Source: Tubiluchus corallicola
Lineage: Eukaryota; Animalia; Priapulida
Direction of reading: 5' to 3'
Assembly (NCBI GenBank): GCA_030141605.1
Contig: JAQGDQ010000572.1
Location: 74,264-138,263 of the forward strand
DNA: 64,000 nucleotides
The position numbers and the translations under genes are program-made. The notes beneath the pieces were generated by a model that saw only the letters and a list, made by a program, of their open reading frames with translations, was not told the DNA's origin and ran no database searches. Numbering within the stretch: position 1 is the stretch's first letter; each line of letters opens with the position of its first letter. Shown here piece by piece: positions 11,201-23,800 of the stretch.

Positions 11201-14200
11201 CTCCACAAGCACTTGCTTTTCTCTGCGTCAACTTATACTAATCTGTGTCATTTCTCTTTTTTGCTCTGTCTTTTGCATGGCTGCCATCTTACAGTGACAG
11301 TAGTGCCATCTTCAGGCGGTATCAGTAGGCTGCACAGTGGTCCGTCATTATTGATTCCGCCGCCCCCTCTGTACTCGGGGGATCACAGAAATCTCCTAAC
11401 AAAGAGTAAGTACTATCTATGCTTTCTTTCATTTAAGAGTTCGTATCAGTTGTGGCTGGAATGGCACCTTGTGTAACTGGTGTAAGATTCCACTTATGTA
11501 GTTAACAGTATGCAGGAATGTTACCAAAATGAGTGTTTCGTTTCAATTTGCCGATAATTGCACTGTCGGTTAAGTTTCGGTTTCGGCAAAATTTATTAAA
11601 TTTCGTAGCGGAAGTTTCGAATCATTTTTGGTAAACCACCCCATCAAACTTGAGGTTCTATGCTATAAAACTTCCTTGTCCTTTTTGTATTAAAATTTTT
11701 ATTGGTAATTTTGCATCATAGCAAAGAAAAAGCATATCAAACAAACAAAAAACAAAATATTTTACTTTTTTGAATTTTTTTCAGTTTTAATAGTAGTTGA
11801 TTTTGCAAAAATGTTTCGGTATCGATTTCCTGTATTTGATAAATTTCAGTTTTGGTTTCGGGATATTACCGAAAGGAAAATTTGCCAATAATTGCATTAT
11901 CGGTTAAGTTTTGGTTTCGGGATATTACCGAAAGGAAAATTTGCCAATAATTGCATTATCAGTTAAGTTTTGGTTTCGGAATATTACCGAAAGGAAAATT
12001 TGCCAATAATTGCATTATCAGTTAAGTTTTGGTTTCGGGATATTACCGAAAGGAAAATTTGCCAATAATTGCATTATCGGTTAAGTTTTGGTTTCGGGAT
12101 ATTACCGAAAGGAAAATTTGCCAATAATTGCATTATCGGTTAAGTTTTGGTTTCGGGATATTACCGAAAGGAAAATTTGCCAATAATTGCATTATCGGTT
12201 AAGTTTCGGTTTCGGCTAAATTTATTAAATTAGTTCAGATAAAGCGAAAATTTTGTTCGCATAAAACTTTGTCACGTGCTTTTACCGGCTCAGTGCCGAT
12301 TAAATTTGCTCATATGATGCCCATTTTCATGCATGAAAATCAGAGGCAGCATTATCACATTCACCGCCGAATCATTTTATAGCTCGCCTACTGCTCATAA
12401 AAATCGGATGATGTTGATTCAGTGTTGCAATTTTGCTTATTCAGTTTACAGGGCATTAGTCATGGTTGTTCAACCTGAATCTTCTCTTTATTGTTTCCGT
12501 GTTTGCATTAGACTTCTGCGAAAAATTTTATTGCCATAAAATGATTTCTATTTCAAAATCATTATTTGGCATAAAACCTGTAAGTAATAATTAATTTTTG
12601 TGACTTAATACTCATCGCGGTACGTAAATAACAGTGTAATTTGTAAGCAGGAAATTGATTTCGCAAGTTTTGTAATATGCAGTTTTCTTTTTGCTTATTG
12701 TGCTTCGATTTTTAATAGTCAATAATAGTACAAGTATCTTTTCTCGAACTCTAACTAGTTCATGCCTTTTAGCAATAAGGGGAACCGTTTACAATCGTGA
12801 CTTTTATTCATCTGATATGCTTTACCGTACTTCTGGCCATTCATGCCCAATATATTCTACTTTCGAAAAAAGAAGAACCTTGGACAACAAAAATAAGATG
12901 GATTTCACTTATGCTTAGACTGCCTGATGGTAGTCCAGTGAAGATAGCTCTTCAGCATGCCATAGAAGCAGCCAGAAAAACCTGCAGGAGGACATATGTT
13001 GACATATTTAGATTTTGCACGGAAAGATTTAAACACTTCAGCATTGATCCTTAGAAATAAATGCACTTGGGGCGTTGCAGCGAGTAGGGAGTCCTGGCAT
13101 AGGGAGGTGAGCAGAATTCATTGCATGATGATATACTCTTGATAGATAATAGGAATTCACCATGTAAGGCCGTCAAATACCAAATCATCATCATCTCTGG
13201 AGTCATCTACTGACATGATCCTCACAATCTCTTTAGTTTGGGCTCCCTGTCACCCGCAACCGCCCATGTCTCTGGAGTCACATGTCGTTTGACTTGACCC
13301 TCCTGATCACTCTACTCTATGCTCCCTGTCACCCGCAACCGCCCATGTCTCTGGAGTCACACGTCGTTTGACTTCACCCTCCTGATCACTTTACTCTATG
13401 CTCCCTGTCACCCGCAACCGCCCATGTCTCTGGAGTCACATGTCGTTTGACTTGACCCTCCTGATCACTCTACTCCATGCTCCCTGTCACCCGCAACCTC
13501 CCATGTCTCTGGAGTCACACGTCGTTTGACTTGACCCTCCTGATCACTTTACTCTATGCTCCCTGTCACCCGCAACCGCCCATGTCTCTGGAGTCACACG
13601 TCGTTTGACTTGACCCTCCTGATCACTCTACTCTATGCTCCCTGTCACCCGCAACCGCCCATGTCTCTGGAGTCACACGTCGTTTGACTTGACCCTCCTG
13701 ATCACTCTCCTCCATGCTCCCTGTCACCCGCAACCTCCCATGTCTCTGGAGTCACACGTTGTTTGACATGACCCTCCTGATCACTCTACTCCATGCTCCC
13801 TGTCACCCGCAACTGCCCATGTCTCTGGAGTCACACGTCGTTTGACATGACCCTCCTGATCACTCTACTCCATGCTCCCTGTCACCCGCAACTGCCCATG
13901 TCTCTGGAGTCACACGTCGTTTGACTTGACCCTCCTGATCACCCTACTCCATGCTCCCTGTCACCCGCAACCTCCCATGTCTCTGGAGTCACACGTCGTT
14001 TGACTTGACCCTCCGGATCACTCTACTCCATGCTCCCTGTCACCCGCAACCTCCCATGTCTCTGTATTTTTGATATCTAGTGGTGTTAATAAGATCCTAT
14101 TAGTTGTAATTGATTTAAGTCAGCAGCTGTCCTCCTTGTGGTTTCTTTTCTTTCTGCACTGCTTCTTTGAAAGTTGATTTTAATGGACTGTCATCTGATA

Positions 14201-17200
14201 GTCGCACAACATGTCCCATCCATCTCAGTCTTCTCCGTTTCATTTGTCCATTCCTCTGCCTTGACTTTCTTATACAGATCCTGGTTTGATATTTTCTGGT
14301 TATATAATTACCTGTACATTTTATTATACAGATCCTGGTTTGATAAATACCACAGATCCATCAAATACTTTTTAGCAACAAGGGAAACCGTTTGCATTGT
14401 GTTGTAAATCAACTTATGCAGTAGTTTTTTATCCAATGGCTATGAACTTTCTACTGCAGATCTATCACACACCTTTTGGCAATAAGGGAAACCTTTTACA
14501 TTGTGTTGTAAATCAACTTATGCAGTAGTTTTTTTATCCAATAGTTATGAACTGCAGATCTATCACGCACCTTTTGGCAATAAGCGAAACCTTTTACATT
14601 GTGTTGTACGTCAACTTATGCAGTAATTTTTTTATCCAATGGCTATCAACTTTGTGCCCATCAAGCACCTTTTAGTACATGTAATAAGGCAAATCTTTGC
14701 ATTGTATTGTACATTGCCTTATGCAGCAATCTTTTATCCAATGGCTATCAACTTTACTAGGTATCTCGACTGTGCCACGAGTCATTACAAATCCAGGTAA
14801 GGAAATACGGTATCGTCAGCTTTTCAGTTCGGCTTCTAGACACGTAACCTAGTTTCCTTACCTGTTCGTTTGAAGATATTTACACCTCGCTACAATTTTG
14901 CTGAAGCATGAAAATCTCTTTTTAACAGCTCTTCTGTTAATGCTTTGTATGTATGGCCTCAAATGTGAACTAAAAATCGTTATTATCTACGTGTTGCTAT
15001 AGGTTTTACATGTCAAATGTAGACCTGCGTTAACTCAAATGTAGATTTAGGTAATTCAAATGTGTCTTGGTAACTCAAATGTAGACTTGGGTAGTTCAAA
15101 TGTGTTAACAATGGTTTTCAACAAATCTTGAGTGCTTTTGGTAAGTGAAATGTAGACACATGTGAAGTCAAATGTGACATTGGTATCTCAAATGTGGATA
15201 GGTGGTAAAGTTTAAGGATGTTAAATTTAATCTTCTTTAATTTCAATTTAATAATTGCTCTTAAGCTAAAATAACAACGTTATAGGTTCACTAATATTCT
15301 GCAAACTTTACATACCATTGGAACTGTTAGAGAAAACAATGCATTCTTAAAATGTTTCTTGAGAGAAACTAATTCATTAATGCAGTGCTAATGCGTTACT
15401 TAAAAAACTAATTAGTGATTCACTGTTCATTGGGAAGTGGGAACCAATTTCTTCTTTTCTGCCGACATTATGGTTAATCAAAGAATTTCGTTTGATGATA
15501 AACAACGCATTTTTCAAAGTTATTTGAATTTGCATTTGGTTTTATCTTTTCATCAAAATTCCTATGTCTACATTTGACTTACCTAAGTCACATTTGAACT
15601 TTCCTGTGTCTACATTTGACGTGTAAAACCTATAATAGTTCAGTAGCGGTGGCGTTCAGTAACGTTTAGAATTTTAGAACCATTTAAAACAATGAAAAGA
15701 ATAGTCAAAGTCCATTAAAAGGACTGTAACTTGGAACCCATTGTTTTTTCCGACCTTGCATTCATAAACGCCTGTACAGTGTACCGCAGCATGGCTGCTA
15801 AGACGCTATACCGGAGTAAGTTTATATTATTTTCCACAAGTTTTAGGATCGATTTTTGAACAGGAACTTTTTTAGTACTACAGTTGGTAATTTTGCTCAC
15901 GAGTGGATAAGTGTGGGGGTGTCACAATACACCAAAAGTACAGACAAAAAGTACTGATTGCTATTGTGAGCCATGATTTGCGTGACTACATTTAAGCATG
16001 ACTACTGCAGTTCGTTGCTACTAGGTGGCGTATTTTTCTGTTGTGCAGTTTTGCATAATGTGGATTTGCAACTTAAACTTCTTGTGATATTATACTGGAT
16101 GATAACTCTTCTATCATAGTTTAAATCAGTAGTTGACTTGGTAACTTAGGCCTAGGTGCAGTTTTTTATTGCATCATGAACTGCTGATTTTGCTCACTAT
16201 GCATAATATTTAAAGCACAAGAAAACCCTCCACTTACGTGAAGCTTAAAAAAACTCGTCTTGAAATTTTATACCACTTACTGCCTTTTTGCATGCAGGGC
16301 TTGCGTCGGCAGTAACACTGTGTAAAACTTCTAAATTTAAACACCCGCGATGACTGTTAGGTGCAGCCATTTTAATGGTAGGTCATTTGAAACAAGTTTG
16401 GATAACATTGTGTGAAGTTTGAAAAAATAATCAGAGCATTCGTAGCACATGTATTACTAATAAAGTAAAATTTTAAAATGCTGTACCTTGTCAATAAGAT
16501 TAAAAATACGTTTTTGGTTAGTGAGTGGCGCACCATGGAGGGTGAGCCAGTGGCATTTTACCAATTAGCACAAACATTTTACCAGCAGGTAAGCGAAATG
16601 CTAAGTAATATACAATTGCACGGGTAAAGTTTTTGGGACATATTTTAACGCTGTCTTTTCTTCCCCTGATTTATGTTTGCGCTGATGATGTCATGTAATG
16701 ACGCAGTCGGAACAGTATTGCGGGAGATTTAAAATGAAGAGAAACAAAAATTCCTTTTAAACAGAGTACGATATACGCATAAAAATGCTGTAAAGTAGTA
16801 TAATAATTTTTAAGGCGATTTTTCTGAAACCTACTTCACGTACCCCTTTTCTTATCTTTTTGAGGCTGAACCAGTAGATTTTATGTTTTACTAGTTTGTA
16901 TGCCTTACGAACTAACTTTGATTGTTGCATGCATATGCAACCTGAATATGGTTAAGTTTTGATTGGTGGTTTCATAAAATGTATTTATTGTAAAAAAGGT
17001 GGATTTGCTTTTACGATTTAATGCCACTTTCGGAGATCATTTTTTACATTAGTGTACTGTGTGCATGCGGGTTTTTATCTAGCCTGAAATGCGTTGTGAT
17101 TTGGCGGTTTATTTGTACACGTGACTGCAGCGGAGTTTGATGCGAAACCAGTGAATGTGCAAAAACCTGGATTTCTGTGATAATAACGTCAGGAGGACTG

Positions 17201-17829
17201 GGACAATAAAATGAGTAAACTGTAAATTGTCTTTCGTGCAAAAAAAAACATTGTTGATCTTACACGTTCAGCCCTCTGAAATAAACGATGTTGGCAGAGA
17301 GATAGACTTGTTCATGCATTTTGTGCGGTAGAATCGCTTCGCACACAAAAAGTTTTTCGTAGTTGCAATCGCACGCCGCACATGCCGCACATTTCTTGGC
17401 CTTTATTTCGAAAACGAAATGCACGTTTTAGTGAACATATGCAAAAATTATGCATGCTTTGCATATTTTTTTCAAGACTTTCATGCATAGAATTATGCAT
17501 AGACTTTCAAGATACGCACAATCGCGCATATAATTTCCTCGTTTTTTTTCTTAGATATCGAGATATGCATCTTCCTGGCCGACAGGTCGGGGGTGGAGTT
17601 CACGGTGGAGGGAGGCAAGCTAGCCACCGCGCAGGACCTCCACGAGCTCGTAGTGGAGCTGCTGGAGATGCCGTCCGTCGCCAAGGAGCTCTTTGCCTTG
17701 TGGGTAGTTTCACCGTTTCTTGGTAAGCAACGTTGTCCTCGTAGAAGAAATGCGGACGCTTTAAATTGGTGTTTTTCATGTAACTGCTTCATGGCTTTGC
17801 ATTGTGTGACAATGCCATTTAACTAATAC

Positions 17830-17867
<38 letters not shown>

Positions 17868-20800
17868 CTATTTAACGGGTGCTGTTAAAACTGTTGCTAT
17901 TACGCTAGCTTGTCAGTGTTGCAATTACAGCAGGTGTTGTCAAGTGTACACAAATGCGTTGTCTGGTACATTTAACCTTTGACCTTTTCACGATCATCAA
18001 TCGCTCGAACTGTGAAAAAGCTTATTGTCTCACAAAACAAATTCGCTTATATACCTATAATATGGGTAACATTTTTTCTTTGTCTGTTTTGCGTGTCACA
18101 AGTTTCATTTTTCAGAGATACAATTGAAACCACATCACATTCCGTTCAGAATTGTCCAGCAGTGGCCGGAATTATTACTCAAGTACACAATGTGCAGCAA
18201 TCGAGACGTAAACAATGGTAAGTGCCAGGCAAGTAGCAATGGCTTCACAAATGCGATAATTCTCTAAATAATTGCCTTGATGTAAGAGACAGACATTTTT
18301 AGTGACCTATAATAAAACAGTAAAATCTGCCGAGTAAATTTCGACGTCTTTTAATTCAATTAGGTTTTAGCGGAAGTCGCTTTGCTAGCAATAATGGCTT
18401 CTTCTGAAACCAATAAACTTTTACGGCATGGAAATGGCTTCGTCGTAGTCGGTTTTCTCTTAGCTTCACTTGATTAGGGATCATTTAAAGGAAGATAGGA
18501 TGATTTTTGATATCCTACAACATTTTTAGTCTGATAAAGAGTACAGTTAATGCTACAAAAACGTCTTAATTAACGGCAAGCGAGCCCAACTACAGATGAC
18601 ATCACAAACTAACATAATTTTCAACAGCAAAAATATTTCACGAGCGTGTTGCACGTGTTTGCGAAAGCGAAAATTGAAGTACAGCGTTGCCGTAAGGTAT
18701 TCAGTGTGTTGCGCTAAAACTAGAAAACTTGGTAAATGACGTGTACGAGTTTCGTGAAACTACTTGCCATTAGTTGCTTTGTAAAAAGAAATACAGTGTT
18801 CCCTCGCTACTTCGTGATTTGTTTATCGCGGACTCGCTGTTTTGCGGGTTTTCAAAAATATTAATGTAAAATATTTATCTCAGTATTTTCGCTGTTGCGC
18901 GGGTTTTTGCGGTACTCCGTCTAAAGTATTTTTGCACCTGTGTAGTACGTATTGTACAGTAATATATAGATTTGATGAATTTTGCATAAAAAAATCACAA
19001 AATGTATAAAAATATATCTAAAATATAAATTCTAACATTAAAAGAATATTATAAATCATAAAAAATTACCATTTACGGTAAATAGTATATTTATTCGGCG
19101 GATGAATACACACCGAAAACGAAATATAGTACTTGCGCCCGTTTGAGATGCTATTTGCCGACGTAGCGTCCCTACTTCACTGAAATTCACTTATCGCGGG
19201 TGGGCCTGGAACGGAACACTCGGGATAAGTGAGGGAACACTGTATTTAATTTACTTTTGCATTTTAAGTAAGTAATTTTATCCGTGCATATTGTCCAGTG
19301 ATTTCAATATATTTAATTGTATATTAAAATGCAATAAATGTTATTCGAAGGTTGGTTTTTACTTCAACGTGACAATTTTAAACAAAGTGTTCATACGTGA
19401 TTAGATAGTAAGCGAACGTTTTCTTGTGTGATGTTTTTGTTTTTGTTGTGGGATGTTTTTGTTTTTGATCGTGTTTAAATGTCCGCGTTTTGGCTTTGCA
19501 GACGAACCACTATTGATGTTTCGGAGAAATGCTTTCTTTCCAAAATCCAGGGAGAAGGAGGTATGCAGCGTGTTAACTTATTTTTGCAGTGGTCATCTTT
19601 ATCTGCTTTGTAAATTATCATTGCCATGGTTACCAACTGGAAGAATTTCTTCATATTCTTTGTACTCGGCTCGAGTAATTTGCTTGTTAAAATAAAAAGA
19701 AGTGCTTAAATGTTTTGTCTTTCAAACATTTTTTATGAAAGTGGCAAAAAGTTGCTTCACCATTGTTGTTTATCCTGAATGTATATGAATGAAACTCCTA
19801 GTCAGGTAACTGTAGAATACTTAAGCTTTGCTGGACGGTGCTTTGTGCTTTTAGGACATACATACACAATGACGTGCACATGTAGTTGTTTCTAAGACGT
19901 ACACATTGATGTACACATGTAGTGTTTCTAAGACATACACATTGATGTGCACATATAGTGTTTCTAAGACATACACATTGAGGTGTCCATATAGTGTTTC
20001 TAAGACATATACGTTAATATGCACATGTAGTTGTTTCTAAAACATACACGTTGATGCGAACATATAGCGTTTCTAAGACGTACACATTGATGTGCACATG
20101 TAGTGTTTCTAAGACATACACATTGATGTGCACATGTAGTGTTTCTAAGACATACACATTGATGTGCACATGTAGTGTTTCTAAGACATACACATTGATG
20201 TGCACATGTAGTGTTTCTAAGACATACACATTGATGTGCACATGTAGTGTTTCTAAAACCTACACATTGATGCGCACATGTAGTGTTTCTAAGACATACA
20301 CATTGATGTGCACATGTAGTGTTTCTAAAACATACACATTGATGTGCACATGTAGTGTTTCTAAAACCTACACATTGATGCGCACATGTAGTGTTTCTAA
20401 AACATACACATTGAGGTGTCCATATAGTGTTTCTAAGACATATACGTTAATATGCACATGTAGTTGTTTCTAAAACATACACGTTGATGCGAACATATAG
20501 CGTTTCTAAGACGTACACATTGATGTGCACATGTAGTGTTTCTAAGCATACACATTGATGTGCACATGTAGTGTTTCTAAGACATACACATTGATGTGCA
20601 CATGTAGTGTTTCTAAGACATACACATTGATGTGCACATGTAGTGTTTCTAAGACATACACATTGATGTGCACATGTAGTGTTTCTAAGACATACACATT
20701 GATGTGCACATGTAGTGTTTCTAAGACATACACATTGATGTGCACATGTAGTGTTTCTAAGACATACACATTGATGTGCACATGTAGTGTTTCTAAGACA

Positions 20801-23800
20801 TACACATTGATGTGCACATGTAGTGTTTCTAAGACATACACATTGATGTGCACATGTAGTGTTTCTAAAACCTACACATTGATGTGCACATGTAGTGTTT
20901 CTAAGACATACACATTGATGTGCACATGTAGTGTTTCTAAGACATACACATTGATGTGCACATGTAGTGTTTCTAAGACATACACATTGATGTGCACATG
21001 TAGTGTTTCTAAGACATACACATTGACGTGCACATGTAGTGTTTCTAAGACATACACATTGATGCGCACATGTAGTGTTTCTAAGACATACACATTGATG
21101 TGCACATGTAGTGTTTCTGAGACATACACATTGACGTGCACATGTAATGTTTCTAAAACAGACATCGATGTGCACATGCATAATGAAGTCGATTACTTTG
21201 CAAACTTTACAGGTGTCTGATGATGAGTTGATACGACTTCTCTACGAAGAAGCCAGATTTAATGTGGTTGAGGGACGGTATCCTTGCTCAGAGGAGGATG
21301 CTTTGACATTAGCCGGCTTACAAGCTACCATTGAATACCGGCAGCATGATCCATTGCAGCATAAACCTTCGTTCTTCAGGTACATGCTCTCATTTCATTT
21401 CATTCGTTTATAAAATGCCGTCCAGCAACAGCTGAAGGTGTTTCTAGAATGCATAATCCCCATTTGCAGACATCTGGGGTATGAGGGCAGATATTATGTG
21501 TTCTTATAAGATGATGCAAGTATCTCGCGATTTGAACTCATTTCTTGCCGTCTCACCTTTGCTTTTGCTATAGTAAATAAAAAGATCAATAAATTTTGAA
21601 AATACTGAATGAATTATTATTATTATTATTATTATTACTATGACCCAGCGGCCATGTGTAGAGGAGTAAACCTTCCAAATCAGGAGTGGAGCCCTGAAGG
21701 CCGAGCAGCGCAGCATGCTCGCTGACTCCGGCAGCTCCTGCAGCCAACCTCGCTCCGCTTTCCTTTGGACTACACCAGGGAGGAAGAGAGGGGGTTCCTG
21801 TTGTCTGGGCAACTCAGAATCTCCATACACCTTGCCCAGCCGTGCGCCCTGGAGAGGCCATTCCAGTGGTTCAAAGATGGGACTGCTCAGCCACAGTTGA
21901 CGCTGCAGCTCCATCAATGTGATCAATAACTGACTCTCTTGGCGCACACTCCGTTGTCTTCCGAGACAGAAGGATGCCAACAACAAATGGTTAATGTTGT
22001 ATTACCTCATTTCAATGGCTTTTACATCCTAATGTGAGCCTTTTCATTTTTAGAGACAAAGTAGTGCTGTTTCTACCGGAAAAGTATCAGAAGTCGAGCT
22101 TGTTCAGAACTAGACCGGAGGAAAAAATTGCGCAACACTTTGCAAACACGCCAACGAACAATCGAATCTCATTGCATCAGTCTTATCTAGAACTTTGCTG
22201 GCAGATGCCGTATTACGGGTGAGTTTTATTCCTGTATTTAACTCCCCGTCATTATTTTGATTAATGTGTGCATAATTGTGATTGCGAAGACACGTTTATT
22301 TTTCCTTGCTAACAAACAGCGTTAGCACAGATGTCTATTTAGCGACTTATACTTACAATCTATAAAATAAAGACACACGCATAGCAAGGGATGGGCGATT
22401 AATAGATTAATCGAGATTACAACCATGTATGAATAGATAAAATCGGCTACTGAACAGTAATTCAGATAATCATTAATCTTACAGGTTACGATTAATTAAG
22501 ATTAATCTTGATTATCTGAATAATTAAAATTACAGGTTAAACAAATCAAGTCCCTATCAGCATTTAAAACAAAATTAAAATCACTAATATTAACCAGATA
22601 TGAAATACCATCACACCAGTACGACAACATACACACTAATTCAGAATTCATATATCCACGGCCATATTAATTAAATCATAATTTTTTCATTTTTTTGTGC
22701 ATAGTTGTAAATATGTTTGATTTTATTCGTCGTTACTTTCCATTACTGCACAGTAGTTTAGATTGCACTGACGCATTTGCCTTTAGCAGTGTAAGTTTTT
22801 ATTAACTAACACTGATTGATCATCTCTGTAAAGTTTTTATCGGTGATTATCAATGTATTTTAATGGCAAATAAAGATTATTATATATATATATATATATA
22901 TAGTCCATAGCAAAAATATACGTGTTCAACACATACTAAAAGCTAACGTGTTAGCACAAATAAACGTTAATTCCCGCATTTTTTCTTCGTTTTTCTTGCC
23001 TTGCACAATGAGCACAATTGCAAACCACAGTGTTGCAAATTTCAAATTTATTTTCACATGACGAGTGTAGTTGACATAGAAATAAAGAAGTTAGCAAATG
23101 TGCATGTCTGCAATAGTTTGTGGGTTGGGATGAAATTGGCAGACAGCACTGAAAGCCATGAAGAAATTTATAAGCTATATATTAATGCTGCAATGTTCGA
23201 AAAATATTGCTAAAATACTAAAAAAATACCGGAAAAGATTAATCGTGATATCTCGAATACAAGAACAAGATTGTAGTCGAATTAGAAAATTTAGATAAAC
23301 TGTTAAAGAATGTTAATTAGACTGAAGAGGTGAACAAAAAGTGAACATAAAAATGTTAATTAGGCTGAGAAGGTGAACAAAAAGTGAACATAAAAATGTT
23401 AATTAGGCTGAGAAGGTGAACAAAAAGTGAACATAAAAATTGTAATTAGGCTGAAGAGGTGAACAAAAAGTGAACATAAAAATGTTAATTAGGCTGAAGA
23501 GGTGAACAAAAAGTGAACATAAAAATGTTAATTAGGCTGAAGACAAGAACAAAAAGTGAACATAAATATGTTAATTAGGCTGAAGAGGTGAACAAAAAGT
23601 GAACATAAAAATGTTAATTAGGCTGAAGAGGTGAACAAAAAGTGAACATAAAAATGTTAATTAGGCTGAAGAGAAGAACAAAAAGTGAACATAAAAATGT
23701 TAATTAGGCTGAAGAGGTGAACAAAAAGTGAACATAAAAATGTTAATTAGGCTGAAGACAAGAACAAAAAGTGAACATAAAAATGTTAATTAGGCTGAAG

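Noticed and set aside
13242-14063. CRISPR-like array
   Set aside because: No variable spacers; the unit derives from an RTE 3' end
20014-21220. Cys/His-rich repeat ORFs (metallothionein- or zinc-finger-like)
   Set aside because: 36-bp intronic minisatellite open in several frames on both strands
21504-21986. 160-aa ORF and similar ORFs at 52540-52791
   Set aside because: Fall on the GC-rich retroposon; frames are not conserved between the two copies
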